A stretch of DNA of 64,000 nucleotides from an uncultured Candidatus Saccharibacteria bacterium (GTDB lineage: Bacteria > Patescibacteriota > Minisyncoccia > Phycocordibacterales > UBA2100): positions 297,372 to 361,371 of the forward strand of contig CAZELA010000001.1 of the NCBI GenBank assembly GCA_964512835.1, in the 5' to 3' direction. The first letter of the stretch is position 1, and every line of letters begins with the position of its first letter. Under the pieces are notes generated by a model. It saw only the letters and a program-made list of their open reading frames with translations, made no database searches and was not told the origin of the DNA. Positions 10,024 through 19,507 of the stretch are shown here, one piece after another. The position numbers were made by a program, and so were the translations under genes.

Positions 10024-11172
10024 CTATTCCGCCGGCGCGAGATATGCGTCGGGGAGCGGGAACTCGGACGCGGTGGCGAAATTGTCCTCGAGCTTATCGA
10101 CGCCGATCATTTGCGCCTGCGTATCAACGACTGTCGGCCATTGATTCGGAAGCGTGAGCAGCGCGCCGCGCATTTCGTTAATGGCGTAGACCGTCGCACC
10201 GGCGACACCGAGCGAAAAAAAGCCCGATGCCACAAGCAGCGGCAAGACCGCAACCAGCACGAACTGCCAGCCCTGCTGATTCATACTTTTCCATCCGAGC
10301 AATTTCAGGTTCGGACGAAACGTACGCAGATACGTCGACTGCCAGGCATTGAGATGTTCGCGGGCGATATCTCGCTGTTTGACGCGCTCCGTGATGGAAA
10401 GACTGTTGAGATCCTTCATGCGCGCTTCGTTGGCTTCGATGTCGCTGCGGAAATGCGCCCGTAGCGTGTAGCTCAAGTCGAGCAATCCGGGGAGCGGGCG
10501 TCCGAGCTTGTACGCAAAGACTCCTTCGAGCGTGCTCCATAGAACAACAAAGTACAGCAGCCATCCCGGCAGATACCGAGAGAGCCACGGTGACAGATCG
10601 GCGCTGAGCGAATACGTCATGTGGCCGAAGAGTGCGAGGATCGCGACGGAGCGACACAGCGGCACGAACAGATGCACAAGATTGTGTGCAATCAGAAACG
10701 GCCGGTCGACGATGATCTGACTGAGCCCGTCCGGTGCGTCACCGTTGAATGTGCGCTTATAGTCCATGATCCACGAATCACTGAACCATGTGCTGGATAC
10801 TTTGGCCCAGAACACGATGTAGTAGTTCTTGATCAGCTCGCTCTTGGGTTCGATCACGAACAGCAGAACGTAGAGTCCGACGAACGGCAACACAAAAGCC
10901 GATACTTGTTCGTAGCTCCCGCCTTTTTGGACGAGATCGCCGACAACGCGGCCGAGCGTTGCGAGGTAGTACGCTGCAACGGCGTTCACGACGGCGATGA
11001 CGCCGAGGGCAATAGCGCCGCCCCACGCGATGAGTCGTACGTGCCGTGAACCGAAGAAAAACGATCGGAACGTTGCGGACCTGAAGAAGGGTCTCGCGGC
11101 ACGGTCTCCCGAACGGAGATCTTGTGTCATCGTGTCCTCCCACTGGTTTGATACTTGGTACAGGTGAGTCAA
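10024..11172 (-). CDS. polytopic membrane protein, transporter-like (ABC TMD or SbmA/BacA-like fold suspected)
   Basis: About 6 TM helices, no ATPase domain. Start uncertain (MTHLYQ or internal MTQDL). Confidence 0.35.
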   Translation of the reverse strand: MTHLYQVSNQWEDTMTQDLRSGDRAARPFFRSATFRSFFFGSRHVRLIAWGGAIALGVIAVVNAVAAYYLATLGRVVGDLVQKGGSYEQVSAFVLPFVGLYVLLFVIEPKSELIKNYYIVFWAKVSSTWFSDSWIMDYKRTFNGDAPDGLSQIIVDRPFLIAHNLVHLFVPLCRSVAILALFGHMTYSLSADLSPWLSRYLPGWLLYFVVLWSTLEGVFAYKLGRPLPGLLDLSYTLRAHFRSDIEANEARMKDLNSLSITERVKQRDIAREHLNAWQSTYLRTFRPNLKLLGWKSMNQQGWQFVLVAVLPLLVASGFFSLGVAGATVYAINEMRGALLTLPNQWPTVVDTQAQMIGVDKLEDNFATASEFPLPDAYLAPAE

Positions 11173-11387
11173 AGACCGAAGAAAGTCAGAAGACTTTGAC
11201 TCAGTCCATTAGAGCACGCACGAGGGGAAGTGCGGTCTATACACGGGGGACAAAATGTCCTCTGAATATCCTTATTTGACACGAATATGTTTGAATGGTA
11301 CCGTATTTTCGGTTTCCCGCGCTCAGCATTTGAACTGCAATCGAGATCCATCGCGTCGCTCTGCATGCGTCATGCATGTGATCAACG

Positions 11388-11741
11388 ATGGTGGTGAAAA
11401 TGTTTTTGAACGATTGGGAAAACATCGATGAAATGAAGAATGACTTCGAGATATCGGACGTCGAGCTTGCTGGTGTCCGTATTCTCCTCGCTTCCTATAC
11501 CTGCGAGAATTACGATGGCTCTGCCTTCGTATTGTTTGAGCGGGATGGGAAGTTGTACGAGGTCAACGGCAACCACTGTTCTTGCTACGGTTTAGAAGGA
11601 CAATGGGAGCCGGAAGAGACGACGGTTGAGTCGTTGAGACATCGCCTGGAAAAGGGATGGCTCGGCTGGGCTTGGGACGGCACGGCTAACACCTTTGCCG
11701 ACGAGTTTGCAAACGTACTCAATACGATCGAACGTCGGTAG
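11388..11741 (+). CDS. hypothetical protein
   Basis: 117-aa ORF followed by a clear terminator. No family recognised. Confidence 0.45.
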   Translation: MVVKMFLNDWENIDEMKNDFEISDVELAGVRILLASYTCENYDGSAFVLFERDGKLYEVNGNHCSCYGLEGQWEPEETTVESLRHRLEKGWLGWAWDGTANTFADEFANVLNTIERR

Positions 11742-11750
11742 GTTGACTGA

Positions 11751-11781
11751 GCGGAGGGCCCGGCCCTCCGCTTCTTTTTTT
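11751..11781 (+). terminator. rho-independent terminator
   Basis: GCGGAGGGCC-CGGCCCTCCGC hairpin then TTCTTTTTTT. Confidence 0.75.
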
Positions 11782-11851
11782 GCCCGCGTTTCGCGGAATC
11801 GGGGACACCTGTTATCTTTATGCCAATTGGGGAATCGGAGTACTCAATCAA

Positions 11852-11922
11852 TGGGGGATCGTCTAATGGTAGGACTTCAGGTTTTGGTCCTGAATATCAT
11901 GGTTCGAGTCCATGTCCCCCAG
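11852..11922 (+). tRNA. tRNA-Gln (anticodon UUG)
   Basis: Manual cloverleaf: acceptor TGGGGGA/TCCCCCA (7 Watson-Crick pairs, U1-A72, discriminator G73 as in bacterial tRNA-Gln), D-arm GTCT-AATGGTA-GGAC, anticodon arm TCAGG-TTTTGGT-CCTGA (U33, anticodon TTG), 4-nt variable loop, T-arm CATGG-TTCGAGT-CCATG. CCA not encoded. Confidence 0.9.
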
Positions 11923-11964
11923 CAAAAAATTGAGCACCGCGAATATTTTTTGCGGGGGACATGG
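11910..11964. repeat. 20-bp inverted repeat forming a hairpin through the tRNA-Gln 3' end
   Basis: CCATGTCCCCCAGCAAAAAAT (tRNA T-stem 3' side plus acceptor 3' side plus trailer) pairs with ATTTTTTGCGGGGGACATGG 14 nt downstream, with one bulged A. Confidence 0.8.
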
Positions 11965-11978
11965 AGAGGAAAGGGGTC

Positions 11979-12033
11979 GGGAAAACACCTGTTTTCCCGT
12001 GGAGGAAGGTTTGGGAAAACCGTGGGTTTCCCA
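11979..12033. repeat. pair of similar short hairpins GGGAAAAC-N-GTTTTCCC
   Basis: GGGAAAACAcctgTTTTCCC at 11979-11998 and GGGAAAACCgtgGGTTTCCC at 12014-12033. Confidence 0.6.
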
Positions 12034-12034
12034 G

Positions 12035-12068
12035 AGGTCCTAGTCCCCCAGGTCATGGACTCGAAGCC
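12035..12068. repeat. rearranged copies of tRNA-Gln 3'-end segments
   Basis: GGTCCTAG-TCCCCCAG-GTCATGGACTCGAA holds a direct copy of the tRNA 3' end (TCCCCCAG) and an inverted copy of the T-loop and stem (CATGGACTCGAA is the reverse complement of TTCGAGTCCATG). Confidence 0.6.
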
Positions 12069-12203
12069 CGGAGCGATATGAGGCCAGTAGGCCGAATCGC
12101 GAGGGCCGGGTAGCGAGCCGAGGAGCACGATGGTGCGACGAGAGCGGAGCGCGAGCCATGTTTCCCAGCTCGTCATTTTTCGTTTTCGTGTTAGTTTTCG
12201 GGA

Positions 12204-12557
12204 ATGGAAAACAAAAAAGGCGGCTGCCATTGCGGTAAGGTGCGTTACGAAGCGGAACTTGATCTCTCGAAGCCAGTTATAGAGTGTAATTGCTCAATCT
12301 GTGCCGGTAAGGGCATGTTGTTGACATTCATTCCCGAAAATCATCTCACTATTGTTTCTGGAGAAGACATGCTCACCGAGTATCGATTCAATACAGACAA
12401 AATTGCCCACCTTTTTTGCAAAGTATGCGGCATGCAGTCGTTTGCGAAAGCCACCGATCGGGAAGGGAATCCCACGTACGCGGTCAATGTGCGCACAATT
12501 GACGGTATAGATCTTGATGCTTTGAATCGCATGCCTTTCGACGGAAAGTCTCGCTAG
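12204..12557 (+). CDS. GFA (glutathione-dependent formaldehyde-activating, Mss4-like) family protein
   Basis: GGCHCGKVRYE and ECNCSIC zinc-binding cysteine motifs. Confidence 0.8.
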   Translation: MENKKGGCHCGKVRYEAELDLSKPVIECNCSICAGKGMLLTFIPENHLTIVSGEDMLTEYRFNTDKIAHLFCKVCGMQSFAKATDREGNPTYAVNVRTIDGIDLDALNRMPFDGKSR

Positions 12558-12571
12558 TACCGAATCGATCG

Positions 12572-12892
12572 ATGTACCCTATGGCAAAAATGATCGCAAT
12601 TTATAAAACCCCAAAAGATATTGATGCGTTTGAAGATCACTATTTTAATGTGCATATTCCGCTCGCAAACCAGCTCCCAGGGCTCATAAAATATGAAATA
12701 AATGACGGAGCAATCTTGTCTACCACCGGACACAACGATGTGTTTCGCGTGGCTACGCTCTATTTTGAGACCATGGAAGCGTTGAAGGCTGCCTTTGCGT
12801 CAGATATAGGAATGCAGTGCGCCGCAGACCGAAAAATCTTGGCGGATAATGAACACGTACAGATATACCTGTTTGATACCAAGGAGGCCTAG
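12572..12892 (+). CDS. EthD / Dabb-like alpha-beta barrel family protein
   Basis: MIAIYKTPKDIDAFEDHYFNVHIPLA pattern typical of EthD-like stress proteins. Confidence 0.55.
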   Translation: MYPMAKMIAIYKTPKDIDAFEDHYFNVHIPLANQLPGLIKYEINDGAILSTTGHNDVFRVATLYFETMEALKAAFASDIGMQCAADRKILADNEHVQIYLFDTKEA

Positions 12893-12965
12893 CTCTTATG
12901 CCGCGCGGATCCAACTTCGTACCAAACCCCCGGCCGCAGACTTGAGTCGAAGATTGCTTAGAAAA

Positions 12966-13820
12966 TCAGGGGTGCTCATCCGTGACCGCTCCGAGTTTCC
13001 TGAATCGCTCGAGTTTAAGCAGCGCTGCGCTTTTCTGCTCAGCCGTTAGATTGTCAGCGTGCTCGATTTTTTTCTGGAGTAGATCTGCTATCGCCACCGG
13101 ATTCTTAAATTCATATATATTATCGATATACACGGCGGCCCTTTCATCGTCCTTTATAAAGTTCTTTGCAAATGGGTCTATGCGCAGACCAAGCTTCCTA
13201 CACAGATAATCGAATTTTCTTCGATGAAATACGGATTCGGTATGTGTCCCATCGCGATGAACATCCTCGCCGTGTACTCGTTCTCGAACCGTTATTCCTC
13301 TTCTATTTGAAATATCATGAATGTCCGCAATCTGATCAGGATAGAGAGCGTGCAGAATCTTTATAAGATCGAACTGACGAAGAAACTTTGCACGATCAGC
13401 TTTTGAATCGAGTGAGACTGTTTTTAGCTTCCACTGGTCCCAAATTCCGAGTACTCGCTCTATGTCGAACCCCTTCATGTGTAGGAGGACAGCCTTTCGT
13501 TCATCAGTATGTTCGTAGGCGAGTCGTTCAGAACCTGAGCCCATTTTCTTTACGGTGTCGAAATCTGTTCTTGAATTGGGGTTCTGCTTAGCGCCAAAGC
13601 TCGCTGCTAAATGGTCGGCTTCGGGCGAATAATCAAATCTGTCCGGATCTGTAGGACGGGCAACGTGCTCTCGAATTTGCCGAGAGATTTCTGAAAGAAG
13701 CTTGGGTATTTCAGGTTTTCCGAATATCTCAACGCCCTCTCCCTCATCAGACGGAGTCCGGATTTCGGCGCGTTCGGCTGATTTACTTTTCCCTTGAGTA
13801 CCCGCCCGTTCCAGGTTCAT
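12966..13820 (-). CDS. hypothetical protein (284 aa)
   Basis: Long ORF in AT-richer context. No family recognised. Confidence 0.45.
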   Translation of the reverse strand: MNLERAGTQGKSKSAERAEIRTPSDEGEGVEIFGKPEIPKLLSEISRQIREHVARPTDPDRFDYSPEADHLAASFGAKQNPNSRTDFDTVKKMGSGSERLAYEHTDERKAVLLHMKGFDIERVLGIWDQWKLKTVSLDSKADRAKFLRQFDLIKILHALYPDQIADIHDISNRRGITVRERVHGEDVHRDGTHTESVFHRRKFDYLCRKLGLRIDPFAKNFIKDDERAAVYIDNIYEFKNPVAIADLLQKKIEHADNLTAEQKSAALLKLERFRKLGAVTDEHP

Positions 13821-13951
13821 CCTGAAAGGGTATCATGTTAGTTCCGGCTTCGTACCAAACACCGCGCGAAATTTGAGCTCCGGCACACCCGGGTTTGTCG
13901 GTCGGCCACCGACTTCACGGAAAACATATCGCGATATGAAATAAAGCGGTA

Positions 13952-14350
13952 ATGAAAGGATTTACCACGTCCATCGAGACGGAGTCACTTACTAACGAGG
14001 ATTTTCGCCGCGTCCTGTACACAACACACAATTGTCAGCTCGTGCTGATGAGTCTTAAACCCAACGAGGAAATCGGAGAGGAGGTACATGGCGTGGATCA
14101 ATTTCTGCGCTGCGAGCAGGGAGAGGGCGTGTCTGTTCTTGATGGGGTAGAACACCCCTTTACCGACGGATTTGCTGTCATCGTACCGGCCGGAACGAAA
14201 CACAATATTATGAACCGCTCGAGCACGCAGGATCTAAAGTTGTATACGCTGTACGCACCGCCCCACCACATCAAGGACAAGGTGCATAAGACAAAAGCGG
14301 ATTCTGAGGCCGATGAAAACAACGACCATTTCGACGGTCAGACATCGTAG
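13952..14350 (+). CDS. cupin domain protein
   Basis: EEVHGVDQFLRCEQGEG ... VIVPAGTKHN two-motif cupin signature. Confidence 0.65.
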   Translation: MKGFTTSIETESLTNEDFRRVLYTTHNCQLVLMSLKPNEEIGEEVHGVDQFLRCEQGEGVSVLDGVEHPFTDGFAVIVPAGTKHNIMNRSSTQDLKLYTLYAPPHHIKDKVHKTKADSEADENNDHFDGQTS

Positions 14351-14503
14351 TGATGCGATTCGTTAGCTGAGCAAATCGAATCGTCAGTTCGCCGCCTTGT
14401 GGTAGAGAAACTAGAAATCTTCTTGCGGTCATCCGAATAGGATGACCGCCTCGTTTTTTGATAGACTAGTTCAACCCCGAATCAATCACCCATCAGTCGG
14501 TCT

Positions 14504-15031
14504 ATGAATATTCAAATCGGAGAAATGCGACCTGAGCACGTAGAAGCTGTTCAGGATGTCTTGTATCGAACATGGCTCGAGACATATCCGAATGTCGAAG
14601 TGGGTATAACCGTCGAGGATATTGAGGAGCGATGGAAAGATCGTAACTCCGAAGAGCGTCTCAGTCGTCGTAAAAGTGAGCTGCAGAAGAAGGATTCTCA
14701 CCGCAAACAGATAGTAGCTACTGCCGACGGGGAAGTTGTCGGTGTTTCTATCGCGACGCAGTCGGATACGGCGAATCGACTCAACGCGATGTATGTCCTT
14801 CCGGAATACCAGGGGAACGGTATCGGAATGACGCTGTGGAATGAAATACAAAAGTTTTTTGACCCTGCAAAAGATATCGTCGTCGGCGTCGCGACATACA
14901 ACACACGCGCGATACGTTTTTATTCAAAGTTGGGATTTGTCGACTCGGGTCGCCGGTATACCGATGATAGATTTCAAATGAAAAGCGGAGCACTGATTCC
15001 TGAGATGGACTTGGTCATCCGCGCTCAGTAA
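14504..15031 (+). CDS. GNAT family N-acetyltransferase
   Basis: VLPEYQGNGIGMTLW acetyl-CoA-binding motif. Confidence 0.8.
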   Translation: MNIQIGEMRPEHVEAVQDVLYRTWLETYPNVEVGITVEDIEERWKDRNSEERLSRRKSELQKKDSHRKQIVATADGEVVGVSIATQSDTANRLNAMYVLPEYQGNGIGMTLWNEIQKFFDPAKDIVVGVATYNTRAIRFYSKLGFVDSGRRYTDDRFQMKSGALIPEMDLVIRAQ

Positions 15032-15069
15032 GGTTCCGCCTTCATAGCAAACGCTCTGTCAGTTTTTTA

Positions 15070-15747
15070 ATGTATTCTCATCTGAATATGCACGAGCGCC
15101 ACGATCACACCCACGGTCATCATGCTCATGATCATGACCATGGTCATGCGCATGGCCTGGTATCGGAAGACATCCTGCGCTCAAAAGAGGGCATTCGCGC
15201 TGTATCACAGAGTCTCGTTGTGCTCGTGATAACCGCCGCTATACAAATTGCTATTTTCTTAACTACAAATTCCGTCTCACTCCTTGCGGACATGATCCAC
15301 AATATTGGCGATGCCATGACCGCTATACCGCTTGCAGTTGCGTTTTGGCGACGAGACATGCAAACCGAGAAATATGCAGGCTATTTTGTCGTTGCGACTA
15401 TCTTTGTCAGCGCGTGTATTACAGTGATTGAAGCGATTCACAGACTATTTGTGCCTGCGGAAGTTACTCATATACCTGTGTTGCTACTGGCGGGTATCGT
15501 CGGTTTTGTGGGTAACGAGATCGCCGCGTACATTCGTATCCGCGCGGGCAAACACTTGCACAGTAAGGCGCTGATTGCCGATGGGTACCATGCACGTGTC
15601 GACGGAGTCGTGAGTCTCGCGGTCGTAGCGAGTGCGATCCTTGTATTCTTGGGGCTCGACGTAGCTGATCCGATCATCGGCCTTGCAATCACGGTGGTAC
15701 TGATCCGCATTGCGTGGCAGTCATTCCTGACAATCCGCGCAGAGTGA
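15070..15747 (+). CDS. cation diffusion facilitator family transporter, TM domain only, His-rich N-terminus
   Basis: HERHDHTHGHHAHDHDHGHAHG tail, SLLADMIHNIGD TM2 motif, 6 TM helices. Ends without the usual cytoplasmic C-terminal domain. Confidence 0.65.
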   Translation: MYSHLNMHERHDHTHGHHAHDHDHGHAHGLVSEDILRSKEGIRAVSQSLVVLVITAAIQIAIFLTTNSVSLLADMIHNIGDAMTAIPLAVAFWRRDMQTEKYAGYFVVATIFVSACITVIEAIHRLFVPAEVTHIPVLLLAGIVGFVGNEIAAYIRIRAGKHLHSKALIADGYHARVDGVVSLAVVASAILVFLGLDVADPIIGLAITVVLIRIAWQSFLTIRAE

Positions 15748-15950
15748 TGAGTCCGTCTGTGCTGCGTCACGGCGCGACCGATTTGATAGAGTTTGGAGAT
15801 GGCGTATCTAATGGCTGACAGCCTCGGCGGAGTGCCGATCAGAGCGACCGTCGTACTACGTATCGGCGACCAGAATAGTTTTCTACACAAGAAAACTTAT
15901 TACGACCTATCAGTATCGAGATAGGCACCGACCTCGTCACAAGAGATTGT

Positions 15951-16526
15951 ATGAGTGAATCCGAACAACCCGTAAAACCATTCAAAACTGCCGCAGCCTT
16001 CGCGTTGTGGCTCAAAAGGAACCACGCCAAATCACCCGGCGTATGGATCAAATTCTTCAAAAAGAATTCCGGCGTGCAAAGTATTGTCTATAGCGAAGCG
16101 CTCGACGAGGCGCTCTGTTGGGGCTGGATAGATAGCCAGTCGAAAACGTTTGATGACAAATCGTACCTGCAGCGATTCACACCGAGGCGATCCAAAAGCA
16201 TCTGGTCCAAACGCAATCGCGAGCACGTAGCTCGGCTGATCAAAACAAAGCGCATGCAGCCCGCGGGGCTCAAAGAGGTGACCGCTGCAAAAAAAGACGG
16301 CCGTTGGGAGGCTGCGTACGACGGGTCCAGGGATATGCAGGTGCCCGCAGACTTCCTGAAGGAACTTTCCAAGAATAAGAAGGCTAAGGAATTTTTCGAT
16401 ACGTTGAATCGTGCGAACACATACGCCATCGCGTGGCGCTTGCAGACCGCCAAGAAACCGGAGACGCGCGAAAAGCGCTTTCGGGCACTCCTGCAGCTGA
16501 TGATTGCCGGCAAAAAGTTGCACTAG
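15951..16526 (+). CDS. YdeI/OmpD-associated family protein
   Basis: ALCWGWIDS and C-terminal AIAWRLQTAKKPETREKRF motifs. Confidence 0.7.
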   Translation: MSESEQPVKPFKTAAAFALWLKRNHAKSPGVWIKFFKKNSGVQSIVYSEALDEALCWGWIDSQSKTFDDKSYLQRFTPRRSKSIWSKRNREHVARLIKTKRMQPAGLKEVTAAKKDGRWEAAYDGSRDMQVPADFLKELSKNKKAKEFFDTLNRANTYAIAWRLQTAKKPETREKRFRALLQLMIAGKKLH

Positions 16527-16558
16527 GCATTGCCGCTGAACGGCACTATTATGAGTGC

Positions 16559-17209
16559 ATGAAAAACACACTCATCGTTCTGGGCGTAATCATAGTTGTG
16601 GGAGGAGGGGTGTATGCGCTCGTGCCTCGCGAGACTCTTAAACAGTATTTCCAAACGGGTGATATACCGACGCAGGCGCAGTTCGAGTCCATCATCGACT
16701 CATCGGTACATATGACCGACGATCGGCCTGTGGCTGAAGCAAAGGAATATAATCCGACCAAAAACTATGATGCGGGCGACACTGTGGTGAAATCCGATGC
16801 TGTTGTACAGGCGAAAGTTCTGACCGAAGGCCAAAAAGAATTTACGCTGGAACCCAAACAGTCGGCGACGTTCCGATGGGCTTCTGTTGTTCCGAAGACG
16901 AAGGAGTCTGTTACGTACCGCCTCAAGGTGTGGCAGCTCATGCAGGGGCAGACCGGCGCCCAAGCAATGGCAAAAAATTCTCCCGTTGTTACAAAAGAGG
17001 TGACGGATGCTTCCGAAATCACCGTGAATGGCATACTAACCGGCCCGTGCCGACCGCCGTATTTGTGCGATTTCGTTTGGAGTGTCGAAGTGGTTTCAAG
17101 CGGCGGACAGTCGACTTCGGGAACCATTGCCCCCGCCTCAGTGCCGACGAAACAGGAAGATGGCGCATCGGCTGAAACTGAGAGCGCTTCCGGTGGCCTG
17201 ATGCGCTAG
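16559..17209 (+). CDS. membrane-anchored secreted hypothetical protein
   Basis: ATG 16559 (MKNTLIVLGVIIVVGGG signal anchor). Track ORF start 16433 overlaps the upstream gene. Confidence 0.45.
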   Translation: MKNTLIVLGVIIVVGGGVYALVPRETLKQYFQTGDIPTQAQFESIIDSSVHMTDDRPVAEAKEYNPTKNYDAGDTVVKSDAVVQAKVLTEGQKEFTLEPKQSATFRWASVVPKTKESVTYRLKVWQLMQGQTGAQAMAKNSPVVTKEVTDASEITVNGILTGPCRPPYLCDFVWSVEVVSSGGQSTSGTIAPASVPTKQEDGASAETESASGGLMR

Positions 17210-17384
17210 CCCGACAATGGCGGCCTGTGCCATTTGATAGGATTGGCGCGCATGATGAATTTTCACGTCACGTTTCAGTTCCTCTGGTACGACTTCTGGG
17301 TCGGTGTGTTTTATGATCGGAACAAAAAAGTTGTGTATATCTGCCCGTTACCAATGTGTGTAATAAAAATATGGCGCGCATAGT

Positions 17385-17807
17385 ATGAATGAAGAATTGT
17401 TGGTTACGTACACTTTTGATGCTCTGGTCCAAGTGGTGTGGAATGCATGGACCGCTCCCGAGCTCATAGCGCGGTGGTTTGCGCCGGGTATCGAAATGGA
17501 CGTGCGCGAGTTGGACGTGCGACCTGGTGGCCATTTCCGATTTGCAGATACGGCGGAGCCCGACGGCGGTGAATACACGGGTACCTATCTGACAGTTGAC
17601 CCCCTCAAGGAACTTTCGTTTAGTGTTGTTGACTACTCGCGCACCGAGCACGCAATGGGAGAAAAAGCAGGGTTCAAGATTGTGTTTGAAGAACAGGACG
17701 GCAAAACAGTCTTGTCGCTCACTTCAGTCCCGCCTGCACCCTTCCATCAGGAAACGTTCGATGCTTGGACCGGCTGTTTCCAGCGGCTCGCGAACGTTAT
17801 ACAGTGA
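17385..17807 (+). CDS. SRPBCC (AHSA1 / polyketide-cyclase-like) domain protein
   Basis: VWNAWTAPELIARWFAPG start typical of Activator-of-Hsp90-ATPase-homolog family. Confidence 0.7.
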   Translation: MNEELLVTYTFDALVQVVWNAWTAPELIARWFAPGIEMDVRELDVRPGGHFRFADTAEPDGGEYTGTYLTVDPLKELSFSVVDYSRTEHAMGEKAGFKIVFEEQDGKTVLSLTSVPPAPFHQETFDAWTGCFQRLANVIQ

Positions 17808-17812
17808 TCAAT

Positions 17813-18241
17813 ATGGCAGAGCTCAAAACCCAAGTGAACAAGGCGAGTGTCGGCACCTTCCTGAAGTCGATCAAAAATCCCAAGAAGCGCGAGGATTGCA
17901 TCGCCATCTCGAAGCTGATGGAAAAGGTCTCGAAATCGAAGCCCGAAATGTGGGGGAAGTCGATCGTGGGATTCGGTCGGCGCACCTATACGTACGCCAA
18001 CGGCAAAACCAATGAATGGATGGTGATCGGATTTGCGCCGCGCGCCGCAAACATCGCGCTCTATGGTCTGACTGTGTACACGATGACGAATGGCGGACTG
18101 GTGGATGGCGACAACGACCATCTGCTGAAACTCGGCAAATTCAAAAAAGGGGGCGGCTGCTTGTACATCAACACATTAGAGGATGTGAACGTAAAAGAGT
18201 TGGAAAAAATTATCAAGCTTGCCTTGAAGCGAAAAAAATAA
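17813..18241 (+). CDS. DUF1801 (YdhG-like) domain protein
   Basis: VGTFLKSIKNPKKREDCIAISKLMEKV ... WMVIGFAPRAANIALYG pattern. Confidence 0.6.
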   Translation: MAELKTQVNKASVGTFLKSIKNPKKREDCIAISKLMEKVSKSKPEMWGKSIVGFGRRTYTYANGKTNEWMVIGFAPRAANIALYGLTVYTMTNGGLVDGDNDHLLKLGKFKKGGGCLYINTLEDVNVKELEKIIKLALKRKK

Positions 18242-18243
18242 AT

Positions 18244-18504
18244 ATGTCGGCAAAACACATTTCTTATCTCGTACTCGCACTTATTGCTGTGATCCTGTCA
18301 GGGGGCATGTTGCGGATGATCAATGATGCTGAGGGGCCGAATCTATTGATTGTCGGCGTGTTCGCTGCTGTCATATTCGGCGCATCGCTCGCGGTCAACT
18401 ATTTCCACTCATCGAATCTTGTCGTGACCGGAAAGGCGCGACTGATTATCGCGGTTGTCGTGCAGATTATTACGACTGCAATTCTGTATTTCTTCCTCCG
18501 TTAG
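18244..18504 (+). CDS. small membrane protein
   Basis: ATG 18244, three hydrophobic helices. Confidence 0.4.
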   Translation: MSAKHISYLVLALIAVILSGGMLRMINDAEGPNLLIVGVFAAVIFGASLAVNYFHSSNLVVTGKARLIIAVVVQIITTAILYFFLR

Positions 18505-18508
18505 CTCT

Positions 18509-19474
18509 ATGTCGACGCGCGCGGTCTGTGCAGTACTGCTCGCCGCCTATAGCTACATTCTGCTCAAGATAATGGTGCTTCGCGAGATACCGCTTGTGTC
18601 GGTGGGCCGACTCATGCTGCACTTCGGTGGTGCCGATGCGAACGGCTCGTCAAATCTTGTTCCGTTTAAAACGATTCTTTCGTATCTGTCCGGCAGCAAG
18701 GGATTGGTTATTGTGGGCGTGAATATCGCGGGGAATATCGGCCTCACTGTCCCGCTTGGAGTTTTGCTGCCGTCTGTGTGGCGAACCGTCTCGTGGAAAT
18801 ACGCGCTCCTGCTTTCTTTTGCGACGGGGTTTTTGGTAGAGGGTATGCAAGTGGTGCTCGATACCGGCATCTTCGATATCGACGACGTGCTTTTGAACGG
18901 GCTCGGGGTGATGATCGGCTACTGGATATATTTGTTTGTTGCTCACGGACTTGCCGCGCCACGATACAGAAATGTGGTCATCGCGTGTTTACTTGTCGTC
19001 TCGGGTGCGGCCGTTCTTGCCGTGGCAATATATCCGGGCATACGATTGTCGGCCGCACCGGGCCCGGACGTGTTACGTGGGTCACAGATAGCGGCATTTC
19101 CGCCGATGGGTGTTACGTGTTTTGACAACTTCTCATCGGTCGTCGCAGGTGGCTACGCAAACCCGTCATTCAACGTGCCTGAATTCGAATTAAAAGATGT
19201 CACGCACTTCAGATGTGCCTCGGCACGAGGCTTCGAGCAATACGAGATTGCAGGCACAGACAGGGCGGGCCATACATTCTATGTGCACCATGCATCCGGC
19301 GGCGTGGCAGCGTCCGGAGCTGATTCGTATATCGATCATTGCTCGGTACGCGACGACGTGATTGTTATGAGCACAAAGTCGATCGGGCGGAGCGGGATGT
19401 CCGAGCCGGGCACCTGTGTCTTCACCGAGGGCTTTCCCAGAGACGCGGATAGTATCTATGTATTCAACAGGTGA
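18509..19474 (+). CDS. VanZ family protein with extra C-terminal domain
   Basis: LVPFKTILSYL ... NIAGNIGLTVPLGVLLP ... DIDDVLLNGLGVMIGY VanZ-like motifs. ATG 18509. Confidence 0.65.
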   Translation: MSTRAVCAVLLAAYSYILLKIMVLREIPLVSVGRLMLHFGGADANGSSNLVPFKTILSYLSGSKGLVIVGVNIAGNIGLTVPLGVLLPSVWRTVSWKYALLLSFATGFLVEGMQVVLDTGIFDIDDVLLNGLGVMIGYWIYLFVAHGLAAPRYRNVVIACLLVVSGAAVLAVAIYPGIRLSAAPGPDVLRGSQIAAFPPMGVTCFDNFSSVVAGGYANPSFNVPEFELKDVTHFRCASARGFEQYEIAGTDRAGHTFYVHHASGGVAASGADSYIDHCSVRDDVIVMSTKSIGRSGMSEPGTCVFTEGFPRDADSIYVFNR

Positions 19475-19507
19475 TTGATAGTACGCGTGGAATGGTAATC
19501 TGCTTCT

